Part shown: piece by piece, positions 54,935 to 62,496 of the stretch | How positions within the stretch are numbered: position 1 is the first letter of the stretch | Layout of the letters: each line of letters opens with the position of its first letter | DNA from: an uncultured bacterium | GTDB lineage: Bacteria > Desulfobacterota > BSN033 > UBA1163 | Reading direction: 5' to 3' | DNA length: 62,496 bases | NCBI GenBank assembly: GCA_938045955.1 | Contig: CALIBK010000043.1 | Location: 1-62,496 of the forward strand | The notes under the pieces: model-generated | Seen by the model: the letters and a program-made list of their open reading frames with translations, nothing else | What the model was told of the DNA's origin: nothing | Databases searched by the model: none | Position numbers and translations under genes: made by a program

Positions 54935-55612
54935 TCAGTGTGCTTGAAGAGAAGAAAGAAGGACGATCCGCCCAAAGAGAGCCTCGGCAATCGTCCGGGT
55001 ATGCTGTGAATTGATCTGGATCCTGATCCCTTGAACCAGCAAGGGTTCCTCGTTGAATAAATTTTTATAGTCCTCCACAACATTTCTTGTAAAGGAAACC
55101 CATTTCCCAAGATCTGAGGTCCCGGATTTAACGGTGAGCGTTTTTATTTTTAAATTAATAGGCCACCCGATCGATTCATCTGAAATCGAACCGACAGGGG
55201 CCATCGTATCCCATAGGTAGCTAATCACCTTTCGCCCCTCAAAGACAATCAAGAGTTGAGCGGCCTGGTCATTCTTCCCTTTTAACCTTACATCCCCTCC
55301 GGCAGGAAGTTTCAACACTTTCCACTTCCAGGAGAGATAGGGAAACTTCTTCGGGTCAATCTGTAAAGGTCTCTCCAAGGAAAAGGAGGCTGCATTGCTT
55401 TTAAAATAGGCAATATACTCATTATTCTCATTCAGAATCTTAAACTCTGCTTCTCCTGTCTTTTCTTTTAGAATCCATCCTGTAGGAACCCCGTCCTGAG
55501 TTAACTTCCCATCAAAGAAGATCTCTACCTTCTCTATCGCCTCACCCCATGAAAGAACGAAAGTTGAAAAAAATTGAAATAAAATAGACCAGAAAATCAC
55601 TCTTTTCATCAT
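54935..55612 (-). CDS. Secreted DUF3047 domain protein
   Basis: Part of ORF 54935..55657. The ATG at 55612 has GGAG 7 nt upstream. Signal peptide MMKRVIFWSILFQFFSTFVLSWGEA. GW...K.G.A.F......., LSWKWKV...P.GGD.R.K..DD.AAQ pattern of DUF3047. Confidence 0.7.
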   Translation of the reverse strand: MMKRVIFWSILFQFFSTFVLSWGEAIEKVEIFFDGKLTQDGVPTGWILKEKTGEAEFKILNENNEYIAYFKSNAASFSLERPLQIDPKKFPYLSWKWKVLKLPAGGDVRLKGKNDQAAQLLIVFEGRKVISYLWDTMAPVGSISDESIGWPINLKIKTLTVKSGTSDLGKWVSFTRNVVEDYKNLFNEEPLLVQGIRIQINSQHTRTIAEALFGRIVLLSSLQAH

Positions 55613-55681
55613 ACCCGATCTCCGAATCCTTTGAGTCTTTTGATTCTTCTCTCCCATCCTTTTCTCCCCGATGACTCTTCA

Positions 55682-56722
55682 TTATGGAGCAAGGGGAATC
55701 CCTTCAAGACCCATGGTCTCAGGATACCCCAGCATTATATTCATATTCTGAATCGCCTCGCCGGAGGCCCCCTTGACCAGGTTATCGATAGCCGTCACGA
55801 TGACAGCCCGTTCGTCTCCTTCGTTCGCGACCACACCAATATCACAAAAATTTGATCCTCTTACATCTTTCGTATTAGGGAGTCTCCCTTCGGGATAGAT
55901 TCGAACAAAGGGTTCTCCCAAGTAATACTCCTCAAAAAGATTGAGAAGATCCCGGGTCTTCATCTTTTTAACCAAACGAACATAAAGGGTAGTCAAAATT
56001 CCCCGATCCATTGGAATGAGATGAGGGACAAAGGTAATCCTCACCTCCCTTTGAGCAATCCCGCTTAATTCCTGTTCCATCTCAGGGGTATGTCGATGGG
56101 CAAAGATTTTATATGCCTTCACTCCTTCGTTGACCTCACAGAAAAGGGATTCCAGAACAACATCACGGCCTGCGCCACTGACCCCTGATTTAGAGTCCAC
56201 CACAATTCCTTCCAATGAGATGATCCCCTTTTTCACCAGCGGGAGAAGACCGATCAAAGCCCCCGTCGGATAACACCCGGGGTTACCCACAATCCTGGCT
56301 TTTCGAATCTCCTCCCGATGAAGCTCCGGGAGTCCATAGACGGAAATGGAGAGAAGATCCGGGGTTTGATGCTTTTGATACCATTGTTCGTAAACCTTTG
56401 GGTTTTTAAATCTAAAATCAGCACTGAGGTCAACGATCCTTTTTCCCCTCTCATGAAAGAAGGGAACCATCTCCATGGCTGTCTTATGGGGAACGGCAGT
56501 AAAAATGAAATCTGCTTTTTGGGAAATCTGTTCCCCATCGAACCCTTCGCAGATCAAAGGGAGGTGCTTCCTTAATGAAGGAAAAACCTCTTCGATAGGA
56601 AGACCCTTATATTTTTGGGAAGTCACCACCGTAAGCTCCACGCCTGGATGAACCAGGAGAAGGCGAAGAAGTTCTACCCCTGTATATCCTGTGGCTCCAA
56701 TGACCGCTACTTTTGTTTTCAT
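55682..56722 (-). CDS. argC: N-acetyl-gamma-glutamyl-phosphate reductase
   Basis: V.V.GATGYTG.EL.RLL..HP; GNPGCYPT catalytic Cys motif; DNL.KGA.G.A.QN.N. Confidence 0.93.
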   Translation of the reverse strand: MKTKVAVIGATGYTGVELLRLLLVHPGVELTVVTSQKYKGLPIEEVFPSLRKHLPLICEGFDGEQISQKADFIFTAVPHKTAMEMVPFFHERGKRIVDLSADFRFKNPKVYEQWYQKHQTPDLLSISVYGLPELHREEIRKARIVGNPGCYPTGALIGLLPLVKKGIISLEGIVVDSKSGVSGAGRDVVLESLFCEVNEGVKAYKIFAHRHTPEMEQELSGIAQREVRITFVPHLIPMDRGILTTLYVRLVKKMKTRDLLNLFEEYYLGEPFVRIYPEGRLPNTKDVRGSNFCDIGVVANEGDERAVIVTAIDNLVKGASGEAIQNMNIMLGYPETMGLEGIPLAP

Positions 56723-56808
56723 CCCTTCCTCTAAAATAAAAAAGGAGGTCTTTCTATAACCTCCCCTTCCAATTTCTTTCTATCTCCTTGAGATGATGGG
56801 GTGAAGAA

Positions 56809-57198
56809 TTATCGCTTGGAGTATTGAGGTCTCCTCCGGGCTCCATGCCTTCCATATTTTTTTCGTTCCTTCACCCTCGAGTCCCTGGTCAAAAAACCAG
56901 CCTTTTTTAAAACATCCTTTAAATCCGGATTATATTGAAGGAGAGCTCTTGAAACCCCGTGTCGGAGAGCCTCAGCCTGACTGGAAACCCCTCCACCACA
57001 AACCGTCGCCTTTACATTGAACTGATTGTGCATCCCAATGAGTTCAAAAGGTTGAAGGGCAATCCGTTGAGACGTGTCTCTCCCAAAATATTCCTGGAGT
57101 GCCCTTTCATTGATGATAAACCTTCCTTCCCCAGGCTCAAGCCAGACTCTGGCCACCGCGGTCTTCCTCTTTCCAGTAGCATAAAACGTTTCTGGCAC
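56809..57198 (-). CDS. rpsI: 30S ribosomal protein S9
   Basis: GKRK.A.ARV.L..G.G...IN; GGG..GQA.A...G..RAL; C-terminal RR.PQ.SKR. Confidence 0.95.
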   Translation of the reverse strand: MPETFYATGKRKTAVARVWLEPGEGRFIINERALQEYFGRDTSQRIALQPFELIGMHNQFNVKATVCGGGVSSQAEALRHGVSRALLQYNPDLKDVLKKAGFLTRDSRVKERKKYGRHGARRRPQYSKR

Positions 57199-57212
57199 CT
57201 TATCGATCTCCT

Positions 57213-57644
57213 CTAAATTTGAATTGGAATAGGATTCTGAGCCTCATGGGGATGCCGGGGTCCTGCGTAAACCTTCAGTTTACGAAGCATCTTCCTTCCC
57301 AAACTATTCTTTGGAAGCATCCCTTTTACCGCTCTCCAGATAAGCTCTGTGGGTTTTTTAACCAGAAGCTTTTCAGCCGTGATCTCCCGAATCCCACCCG
57401 GATATCCTGTATGATGATAATATGTTTTATTCTTTTTCTTATCGCCGGTTAAGGTAACCTTTTCAGCATTGACCACGACTACAAAGTCCCCGGTATCTAC
57501 ATGAGGGGTAAAAATAGGTTTATTCTTTCCCCTTAAGATCTTGGCTACCTCTGTCGCCAGTCGGCCCAAGACCTTTCCTTCGGCATCAATGAGATACCAT
57601 CTTCGCTCAACTTCTTCTTTTTTGGCTTGATAGGTCTTCCTCAT
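57213..57644 (-). CDS. rplM: 50S ribosomal protein L13
   Basis: RKW..IDA.G..LGRLA...A..LRGK.KP..TPH.D.GD.V.V.NA; HTGYPGG. Confidence 0.95.
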   Translation of the reverse strand: MRKTYQAKKEEVERRWYLIDAEGKVLGRLATEVAKILRGKNKPIFTPHVDTGDFVVVVNAEKVTLTGDKKKNKTYYHHTGYPGGIREITAEKLLVKKPTELIWRAVKGMLPKNSLGRKMLRKLKVYAGPRHPHEAQNPIPIQI

Positions 57645-57704
57645 TTTAATATTTTTAAATAATATATTCTTTCCTTTGGTGTCAAGAAATGATTCTTCTT
57701 TTTT

Positions 57705-58616
57705 TCAGCGTTTTCCCTTCTTATCGACGAGCTGGTTCCAGAAAAGGACCACTGGACTTGCAACATAAATGGTGGAATAGGTTCCTGAGATCAATCCGAT
57801 CATCAGGGTGAAGGCAAAATCATGAATGACAGGCCCACCGAATAAAAAGAGAATGATGACCACCATCATGACCGTTCCAGAGGTCAGAATCGTTCGGCCA
57901 AGCGTCTCGTTAATACTGATATTAAAAATGTTTTCGAGAGACTCCTTTCTTATCTTTTTAATATTTTCCCGCACTCGATCAAAGATGACAATCGTATCAT
58001 TGATGGAAAATCCGATGATCGTCAGAATCACTGCCATCAAGGATAGAGAAAACTCCAGACGAGCGATCGAGATGGCCCCGAAGGTCACGATAATATCATG
58101 GATGAGGGCGACAATTCCTCCCAGCCCATAGGAAACCTGTTTAAATCTCCAGGCGACATAGACGAGCATGGCTAAAAAGGAAAGTCCAATCGCCCAGAGG
58201 GCTTTTCGTTTCAGGTCCTTTCCCACTTTTGGACCCACCACTTCAACTCGACGGATCTCTAAGGCTTTCTCTTTAAATCGTTCCTGAAGGGAGGATTGGA
58301 TCTTCTTAGACATCTCTTCCAAATCCAAGGAGGTCTTTTCGAGTCGAATGAGGAACTCATTCTCCTCCCCGAAGTTCTGAACCATCGCATCCTTCAATCC
58401 ACTTGCCTCCAGGGCATGACGAACCTCGGAGATCTCCACACCCTTTGAAAATCTCACCTGGATGAGAATACCCCCGGCGAAATCGACCCCGTACCTCAAT
58501 CCTCCCTGAAGAAAGATGGAACCTAAACTCACAAGGATTGCAAGAAGAGAAATCCACCACGTATATTTCTTTTTACCAATGAAATCAAAACGTGTATTGG
58601 GGGGGATGATCTCCAT
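57705..58616 (-). CDS. secF: Protein translocase subunit SecF
   Basis: GVDF.GG; six TM helices; NDTIV.FDR.REN. Confidence 0.93.
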   Translation of the reverse strand: MEIIPPNTRFDFIGKKKYTWWISLLAILVSLGSIFLQGGLRYGVDFAGGILIQVRFSKGVEISEVRHALEASGLKDAMVQNFGEENEFLIRLEKTSLDLEEMSKKIQSSLQERFKEKALEIRRVEVVGPKVGKDLKRKALWAIGLSFLAMLVYVAWRFKQVSYGLGGIVALIHDIIVTFGAISIARLEFSLSLMAVILTIIGFSINDTIVIFDRVRENIKKIRKESLENIFNISINETLGRTILTSGTVMMVVIILFLFGGPVIHDFAFTLMIGLISGTYSTIYVASPVVLFWNQLVDKKGKR

Positions 58617-58629
58617 TCTTAAATCCCTT

Positions 58630-60228
58630 TTAAATACTTAACCGTTTCACCTTCCATCGAAGGGTCAGAAAATCAAAAACCCAACGAGTGACATAGACAG
58701 CGGTGAAGATGTTTGCCAAAATCCCTATGGAGAGGGTGACTGCAAATCCCCTCACAGGGCCCGTTCCAAACTGGTAGAGAAAAAGAGCTGCAATCAGGGT
58801 GGTCAGGTTAGAATCAATGATGGTCACAAAGGCACGATGATACCCCTGTTCAATGGCTGCTCGAATGGTCTTCCCCCATCTCAGCTCTTCTTTGATTCGT
58901 TCATGAATTAGAATATTCGCATCCACTGCCATTCCGATCGAAAGGACTAAACCTGCGATCCCGGGGAGGGTAAGAGTGGCCCGAAAGATGGCGAGGGCTC
59001 CTAACACAAATAATACATTCAAGAGAAGAGCAATATCCGCGATCACCCCTGCCCCTCGATAGTAAAAAATCATGAAGAGGACCACTAAAATTGCACTCAC
59101 AATAGTGGAAAAGATTCCCTTCCGAATGGAATCCTTCCCCAGGGAAGGACCTACCGTCCGCTGCTCGATGATCTTCACAGGGGCAGGAAGAGCCCCTGCA
59201 CGAAGGACGATGGCCAAATCACTTGCCTCCTTCATATCGAATCGCCCTGTGATTTGAGCCCTTCCCCCGCTGATCTTTTCCTGAATCACAGGGGCAGAAT
59301 AGACATTATCATCCAAAATAATGGCTAATCTCTTTTTCACATTAGCCCCTGTGATCTGTTCAAAGAGTTTTGAACCAATATCATCAAATTCCAACGCCAC
59401 ATAGGGTTCTCCGAATTGAGAATCAATAGCCACTCGGGCATCTTTCAACACTTCTCCGGTCATTAGGGTCTTCTCTTTAAGGAGCCACGGAATCTTTCTG
59501 GTTCCTCCTGTTTTTGGATCCACCACTCTCTGATAGAGAATGATGGAGCCTTCAGGGACATTTCCTTTCAGGGCCTCCTCAAGATTTCCCTCTTCATCAA
59601 CCAATTTAAATTCCAATAGAGCAGTGCGGCCGATCAGGTTGATCGCCCTCTGAGGGTCTCGAATACCGGGCAGTTGAACCAGGATCCGGTCTAAACCCTG
59701 CAGAGTGATCTCTGGCTCCGAGACTCCAAACTGATCTATTCGATTCCGAATCGTCTCAAGGGCCTGGTCCACGGCATTCTTTTTGATCTGTTCGGCTTGA
59801 CGAGGATCCAAGATGAAGGTTACCCTCCAGATCCCCTTCTCTAAAGGGGTGGAGGAGAGTTCCTGAAGGATCCCATAACGCTGGCTCAAGAGCTTCTCCC
59901 ATTTCTCTTTCTCCCCGGAAACCTCCATGAGGATTTGGTGATTCTTCTCTCTCTCAAGTCTTCCTACCGGAATTCCTTTATCTCGAAGATCATCCCGGAG
60001 ATTATTTTTAATCCGTTCCAGGTAACTCTCTACCGCCTTCTCGGCCTCAACTTCCAGCACAAGATGCATTCCTCCCTGTAAATCAAGGCCCAGATGGATC
60101 TTTTCCGTAGGGATCAATTTAAAATACCAGGGGGGAAGTTCTGAAACCACCGTGGGAAGAAAGAGAAGAACGGCAAAAACGGTGACCGCCGTATAAAGGA
60201 TGAATCTCCATTGCAGGCTTCTTTTCAT
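58630..60228 (-). CDS. secD: Protein translocase subunit SecD
   Basis: LGLDL.GG.HLVLEV; periplasmic P1 domain; GIAG..LSIGMAVDANILI.ERI.EE. Confidence 0.93.
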   Translation of the reverse strand: MKRSLQWRFILYTAVTVFAVLLFLPTVVSELPPWYFKLIPTEKIHLGLDLQGGMHLVLEVEAEKAVESYLERIKNNLRDDLRDKGIPVGRLEREKNHQILMEVSGEKEKWEKLLSQRYGILQELSSTPLEKGIWRVTFILDPRQAEQIKKNAVDQALETIRNRIDQFGVSEPEITLQGLDRILVQLPGIRDPQRAINLIGRTALLEFKLVDEEGNLEEALKGNVPEGSIILYQRVVDPKTGGTRKIPWLLKEKTLMTGEVLKDARVAIDSQFGEPYVALEFDDIGSKLFEQITGANVKKRLAIILDDNVYSAPVIQEKISGGRAQITGRFDMKEASDLAIVLRAGALPAPVKIIEQRTVGPSLGKDSIRKGIFSTIVSAILVVLFMIFYYRGAGVIADIALLLNVLFVLGALAIFRATLTLPGIAGLVLSIGMAVDANILIHERIKEELRWGKTIRAAIEQGYHRAFVTIIDSNLTTLIAALFLYQFGTGPVRGFAVTLSIGILANIFTAVYVTRWVFDFLTLRWKVKRLSI

Positions 60229-60280
60229 TTTTCTCTAACTCGAACCAATCTCTTTCCCTGGGAAATCGACATCAAGGGAA

Positions 60281-60320
60281 GAAAAAACGAAAACCAAGGG
60301 AAATCCGCGATTCCCCTTGG
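60281..60320 (-). terminator. Second hairpin + U-tract in the secD leader (terminator/attenuator-like)
   Basis: Minus strand: CCAAGGG-GAATCGCGGATTT-CCCTTGG followed by TTTTCGTTTTTTC. It lies about 50 nt upstream of the secD ATG. Confidence 0.4.
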
Positions 60321-60372
60321 ACGAATCAAACATAGCCTATAGCGTTATATTTTTCAAGGGGTTTCCCAAACT

Positions 60373-60407
60373 AAAAAAAGGCCCGAGGATGACCCTTCCT
60401 CAGGCCT
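60373..60407 (-). terminator. Rho-independent terminator of the acyl-CoA synthetase gene
   Basis: Minus strand: AGGCCTGAGG - 9-nt loop - CCTCGGGCCT (10 bp including one G-U pair) followed by TTTTTTT. Confidence 0.75.
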
Positions 60408-60433
60408 GAACAACTCTTAAAGGAATATTCTGT

Positions 60434-62011
60434 TTACCTCACGTCACTCCATTTTCCATATCTTTCTCGGAGAATCCGATGGAGAATCTTTCCCGTGGGT
60501 GTCATTGGCATCTCTTCATCTTTAATGAAGTCGACAGATTTTGGAATTTTATAACCTGCGATCTTTCCACGGCAGTAATCGATCAACTCCTTCTCGGTGA
60601 CGCTCATTCCCTCCTTTAAGGTCACCACCGCCTTTACCGCCTCCCCCCACTTCTCATGGGGAACCCCGATGACGGCAACATATTTGACCGCAGGATGGGA
60701 ACCGATCACATTTTCTACCTCCGATGGAAAGACATTTTCCCCTCCGGTGATGATCATATTGGCTTTTCGATCTACAAGGACATAGTATCCATCAGGATCT
60801 CGATAGGCCATATCCCCGGCTGAGAACCATTCTCCCTTAAAGGCTGCTTTCGTCCTCTCTGGATCCTTCCAGTATTCTTTAAATACATGAGGGGTCCGGG
60901 AATAGAGCTCTCCCACCTGACCATCTGGAACCTCTACCCCATTCTCATCCAAGATCTTAATTCGGTCTGTCCCCCAGATTTCCCGGCCAATGGATCCCAA
61001 TTTTTTAAATTGCTCCTCCGGCCGAAGCAAGGTGACCAGACCTGCCTCTGTGGAACCATAGGCTTCCCATAGCTCTGCATTTTTGAAATAATCCATAATG
61101 GCCAGTTTCGTATCCCTGCGGGCTGGAGCCGAGGAGATCAGAAGTTGCCGGATTGAGCTCACATCGTATTTCTTTTTAATCTCATCAGGAAGCGAAAGGA
61201 TCATAATATAGTGGGTGGGAACCAAGGAGGTAAAGGTAATTCTCTCTTTTTCAATGGTCCTTAACAGATCCTCTGGATCGAAGCTCACCATATTATATAC
61301 AAAGACTCTGGCACTCACATAGGTATAGGTAAAGGAATAAAAGATAGAGTTGATATGACACATGGGCATCACCAGCATCACGCAATCATCCGGACGAAGT
61401 CCCATATTAATGGCATTTAAGATGTATTGAGAGATATTACTCTCATGGGTTCTAACGACTCCCTTCGGTTTTCCTGTGGTTCCAGAGGTATACATGAGAT
61501 TCCATATATCCTCCCCGTCAACCACCACATCGGGTTCCTCTGGGGAGGCCTGGGCAATCAATTTCTCATAGGACTGATACCCTTCAGGGACATTTTCGTC
61601 ACCCCAGTAGACATAATTTTCTGGAGGAATGGTCGGGAGCTTATTTCGAAGGGAGTTGACCAGCGGGACAAACTCCTTAGCGACAAAGAAGGCTTTACAC
61701 TCCGAATGATTGATAATATATTCTATCTCTGGGGCAGCAAGGCGAAACATAATGGGCACCGTGATCTGTCCTCCTTTGGCTGAAGCCGCATAGATCTCCA
61801 TCCATTCTACGCAATTGTATGCAAGAATGGCAAACCGATCTCCCTTCTTCACCCCTAATTGGTTCAACGCATTGGCTAAACGACAGCTCCTTTCGTTCCA
61901 TTCTTTGAAGGTCATCTTTCTAAACTTATCACCTGCTCCCGGTTTGTCAGGATAATGCATAGCCATCATTTTAAGTACTGTTCCTGCGGTCATCCATTTG
62001 CTAATGGTCAT
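60434..62011 (-). CDS. AMP-dependent acyl-CoA synthetase/ligase (class I adenylate-forming enzyme)
   Basis: YTSGTTGKPKGV (AMP-binding motif), YGSTE, GDMAYRDPDGYY..VDR, GENVFP.EVE, TPTGKILHR. 525 aa. Substrate unknown. Confidence 0.88.
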   Translation of the reverse strand: MTISKWMTAGTVLKMMAMHYPDKPGAGDKFRKMTFKEWNERSCRLANALNQLGVKKGDRFAILAYNCVEWMEIYAASAKGGQITVPIMFRLAAPEIEYIINHSECKAFFVAKEFVPLVNSLRNKLPTIPPENYVYWGDENVPEGYQSYEKLIAQASPEEPDVVVDGEDIWNLMYTSGTTGKPKGVVRTHESNISQYILNAINMGLRPDDCVMLVMPMCHINSIFYSFTYTYVSARVFVYNMVSFDPEDLLRTIEKERITFTSLVPTHYIMILSLPDEIKKKYDVSSIRQLLISSAPARRDTKLAIMDYFKNAELWEAYGSTEAGLVTLLRPEEQFKKLGSIGREIWGTDRIKILDENGVEVPDGQVGELYSRTPHVFKEYWKDPERTKAAFKGEWFSAGDMAYRDPDGYYVLVDRKANMIITGGENVFPSEVENVIGSHPAVKYVAVIGVPHEKWGEAVKAVVTLKEGMSVTEKELIDYCRGKIAGYKIPKSVDFIKDEEMPMTPTGKILHRILRERYGKWSDVR

Positions 62012-62051
62012 AAGATCCCCTCCTTTTGATATTTAATATTTGTGAATATTT

Positions 62052-62080
62052 TCATTATCACTTTTAATCAATATTGTCAA
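62052..62080 (-). promoter_or_regulatory. Putative promoter of the acyl-CoA synthetase gene (TTGACA - 17 nt - TAATGA)
   Basis: Minus strand: TTGACA (62080-62075), TAATGA (62057-62052). Confidence 0.35.
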
Positions 62081-62164
62081 GTTGTCTAAAGGAGACCCCT
62101 GAAAAAATATTTTAAACCCAAATTGAGCGATTCTTAGTATTATTTAAAGATAAACCCCTTCTGG

Positions 62165-62184
62165 ATTCCCGTTTTCACGGGAAT
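62165..62184. repeat. Perfect palindromic hairpin ATTCCC-GTTTTCAC-GGGAAT
   Basis: ATTCCCG TTTTCA CGGGAAT, a 7-bp perfect stem. It has the form of the Neisseria dRS3 repeat (ATTCCC-N8-GGGAAT). Confidence 0.85.
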
Positions 62185-62214
62185 GACATTTTCATTCATC
62201 GGGTGACAGTCGTC

Positions 62215-62234
62215 ATTCCTGCGGAAGCAGGAAT
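62215..62234. repeat. Perfect palindromic hairpin ATTCCT-GCGGAAGC-AGGAAT
   Basis: ATTCCTGC GGAA GCAGGAAT, an 8-bp perfect stem with a GGAA loop. It is embedded in GTCATTCCTGCGGAAGCAGGAATCCAG. Confidence 0.85.
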
Positions 62235-62406
62235 CCAGGATATTTGATTCAATGAATGACGAAAAATCACTTAATTTAGGTACTACTAATTCAATAAAAG
62301 TCGCTCAATTTAGGTTAAAGGAATTCAGTCCGTGTTCAAAAGATTTAAACCCAACCTCCACGGTCTTTTTAAGACTTTCTCAGAGGTCTCCACAGATTCC
62401 TCAATA

Positions 62407-62496
62407 TACTCCCTAACTCATGAGGGGAGAATAGGCCTGAAAGGGGTATCGGAGAAAACCCTGAGTGCGGTAACCTTAAATTGCCCTGGAGGCTCT
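62407..62496. repeat. Second copy of the palindromic repeat family (opposite orientation), truncated by the window end
   Basis: 62428-62496 (GAATAGGCCTGAAAGGGGTATCGGAGAAAACCCTGAGTGCGGTAACCTTAAATTGCCCTGGAGGCTCT) matches the reverse complement of 30846-30913 at roughly 85-90% by eye. The outer flank 62407-62427 is weaker. Confidence 0.8.

Larger units (their letters stand above)
62115..62316. mobile_element. 202-bp non-coding element bounded by 16-bp terminal inverted repeats (MITE/NIME-like), containing two ATTCCC-N8-GGGAAT-type hairpins
   Basis: AACCCAAATTGAGCGA (62115-62130) against TCGCTCAATTTAGGTT (62301-62316), 15/16 complementary, with weaker inverted similarity extending about 25 nt further inward. 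There is no ORF inside. Confidence 0.55.

Noticed and set aside
60398-60407. AGGCCTGAGGAAGGGTCATC resembles the AGGCCTGAAAGGGGTATC core of the palindromic repeat family.
   Set aside because: Similarity stops after about 20 nt. The sequence is fully explained as the 5' arm of a canonical intrinsic terminator.

Overview
This is a bacterial chromosomal window with dense coding and about 60 genes, mostly housekeeping and mostly on the minus strand. No transposase, integrase, CRISPR array or recognisable defence gene was found.

From left to right the window contains:
- a self-contained 10-gene Mrp/Mbh-type cation/proton antiporter-like membrane operon (198-8113, +);
- a signal-peptide-bearing Memo-AMMECR1 fusion, dtd, and a divergent EF-G paralogue;
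- two DUF362/ferredoxin proteins flanking truA, one of which closes a tight DHH-ComB-PNPOx-DUF362 operon;
- rpsA-ispH-cmk;
- a GntR-linked ABC importer followed by an aminotransferase / transaldolase-like / alanine dehydrogenase operon, plus a HAD hydrolase;
- a divergent transketolase + long-cap HAD pair;
- PiT phosphate transporter + DUF47, miaB, class V FBP aldolase/phosphatase, surE, tRNA-Pro(GGG);
- the conserved merR-ihfA-pheT-pheS-rplT-rpmI-infC-thrS block, tRNA-Val(GAC);
- clpB, rsmA, tsaD, pcm, mutS, a DUF3047 protein, argC, rpsI-rplM, secF-secD and an acyl-CoA synthetase.

The gene content (FBP aldolase/phosphatase, Mbh-like Mrp, EF-G II-type paralogue) suggests a deep-branching anaerobe or thermophile such as Nitrospirota or Thermodesulfobacteriota. 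That placement is inference only.

The observations most worth a second look are:
1. the stand-alone three-pump Mrp module, including an HhH-like insertion in one small subunit;
2. an EF-G paralogue lacking the catalytic His;
3. a transaldolase-family protein with FSA-like Gln at the catalytic Glu position, translationally coupled to an aminotransferase and followed by alanine dehydrogenase, next to an ABC importer, with a shared candidate operator;
4. a previously unclassified ~240-bp imperfect-palindrome repeat family with three copies in the window;
5. a 202-bp TIR-bounded element carrying two ATTCCC-N8-GGGAAT hairpins at the right end of the window.

All similarity statements are by-eye motif recognition. 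No searches or computations were run.
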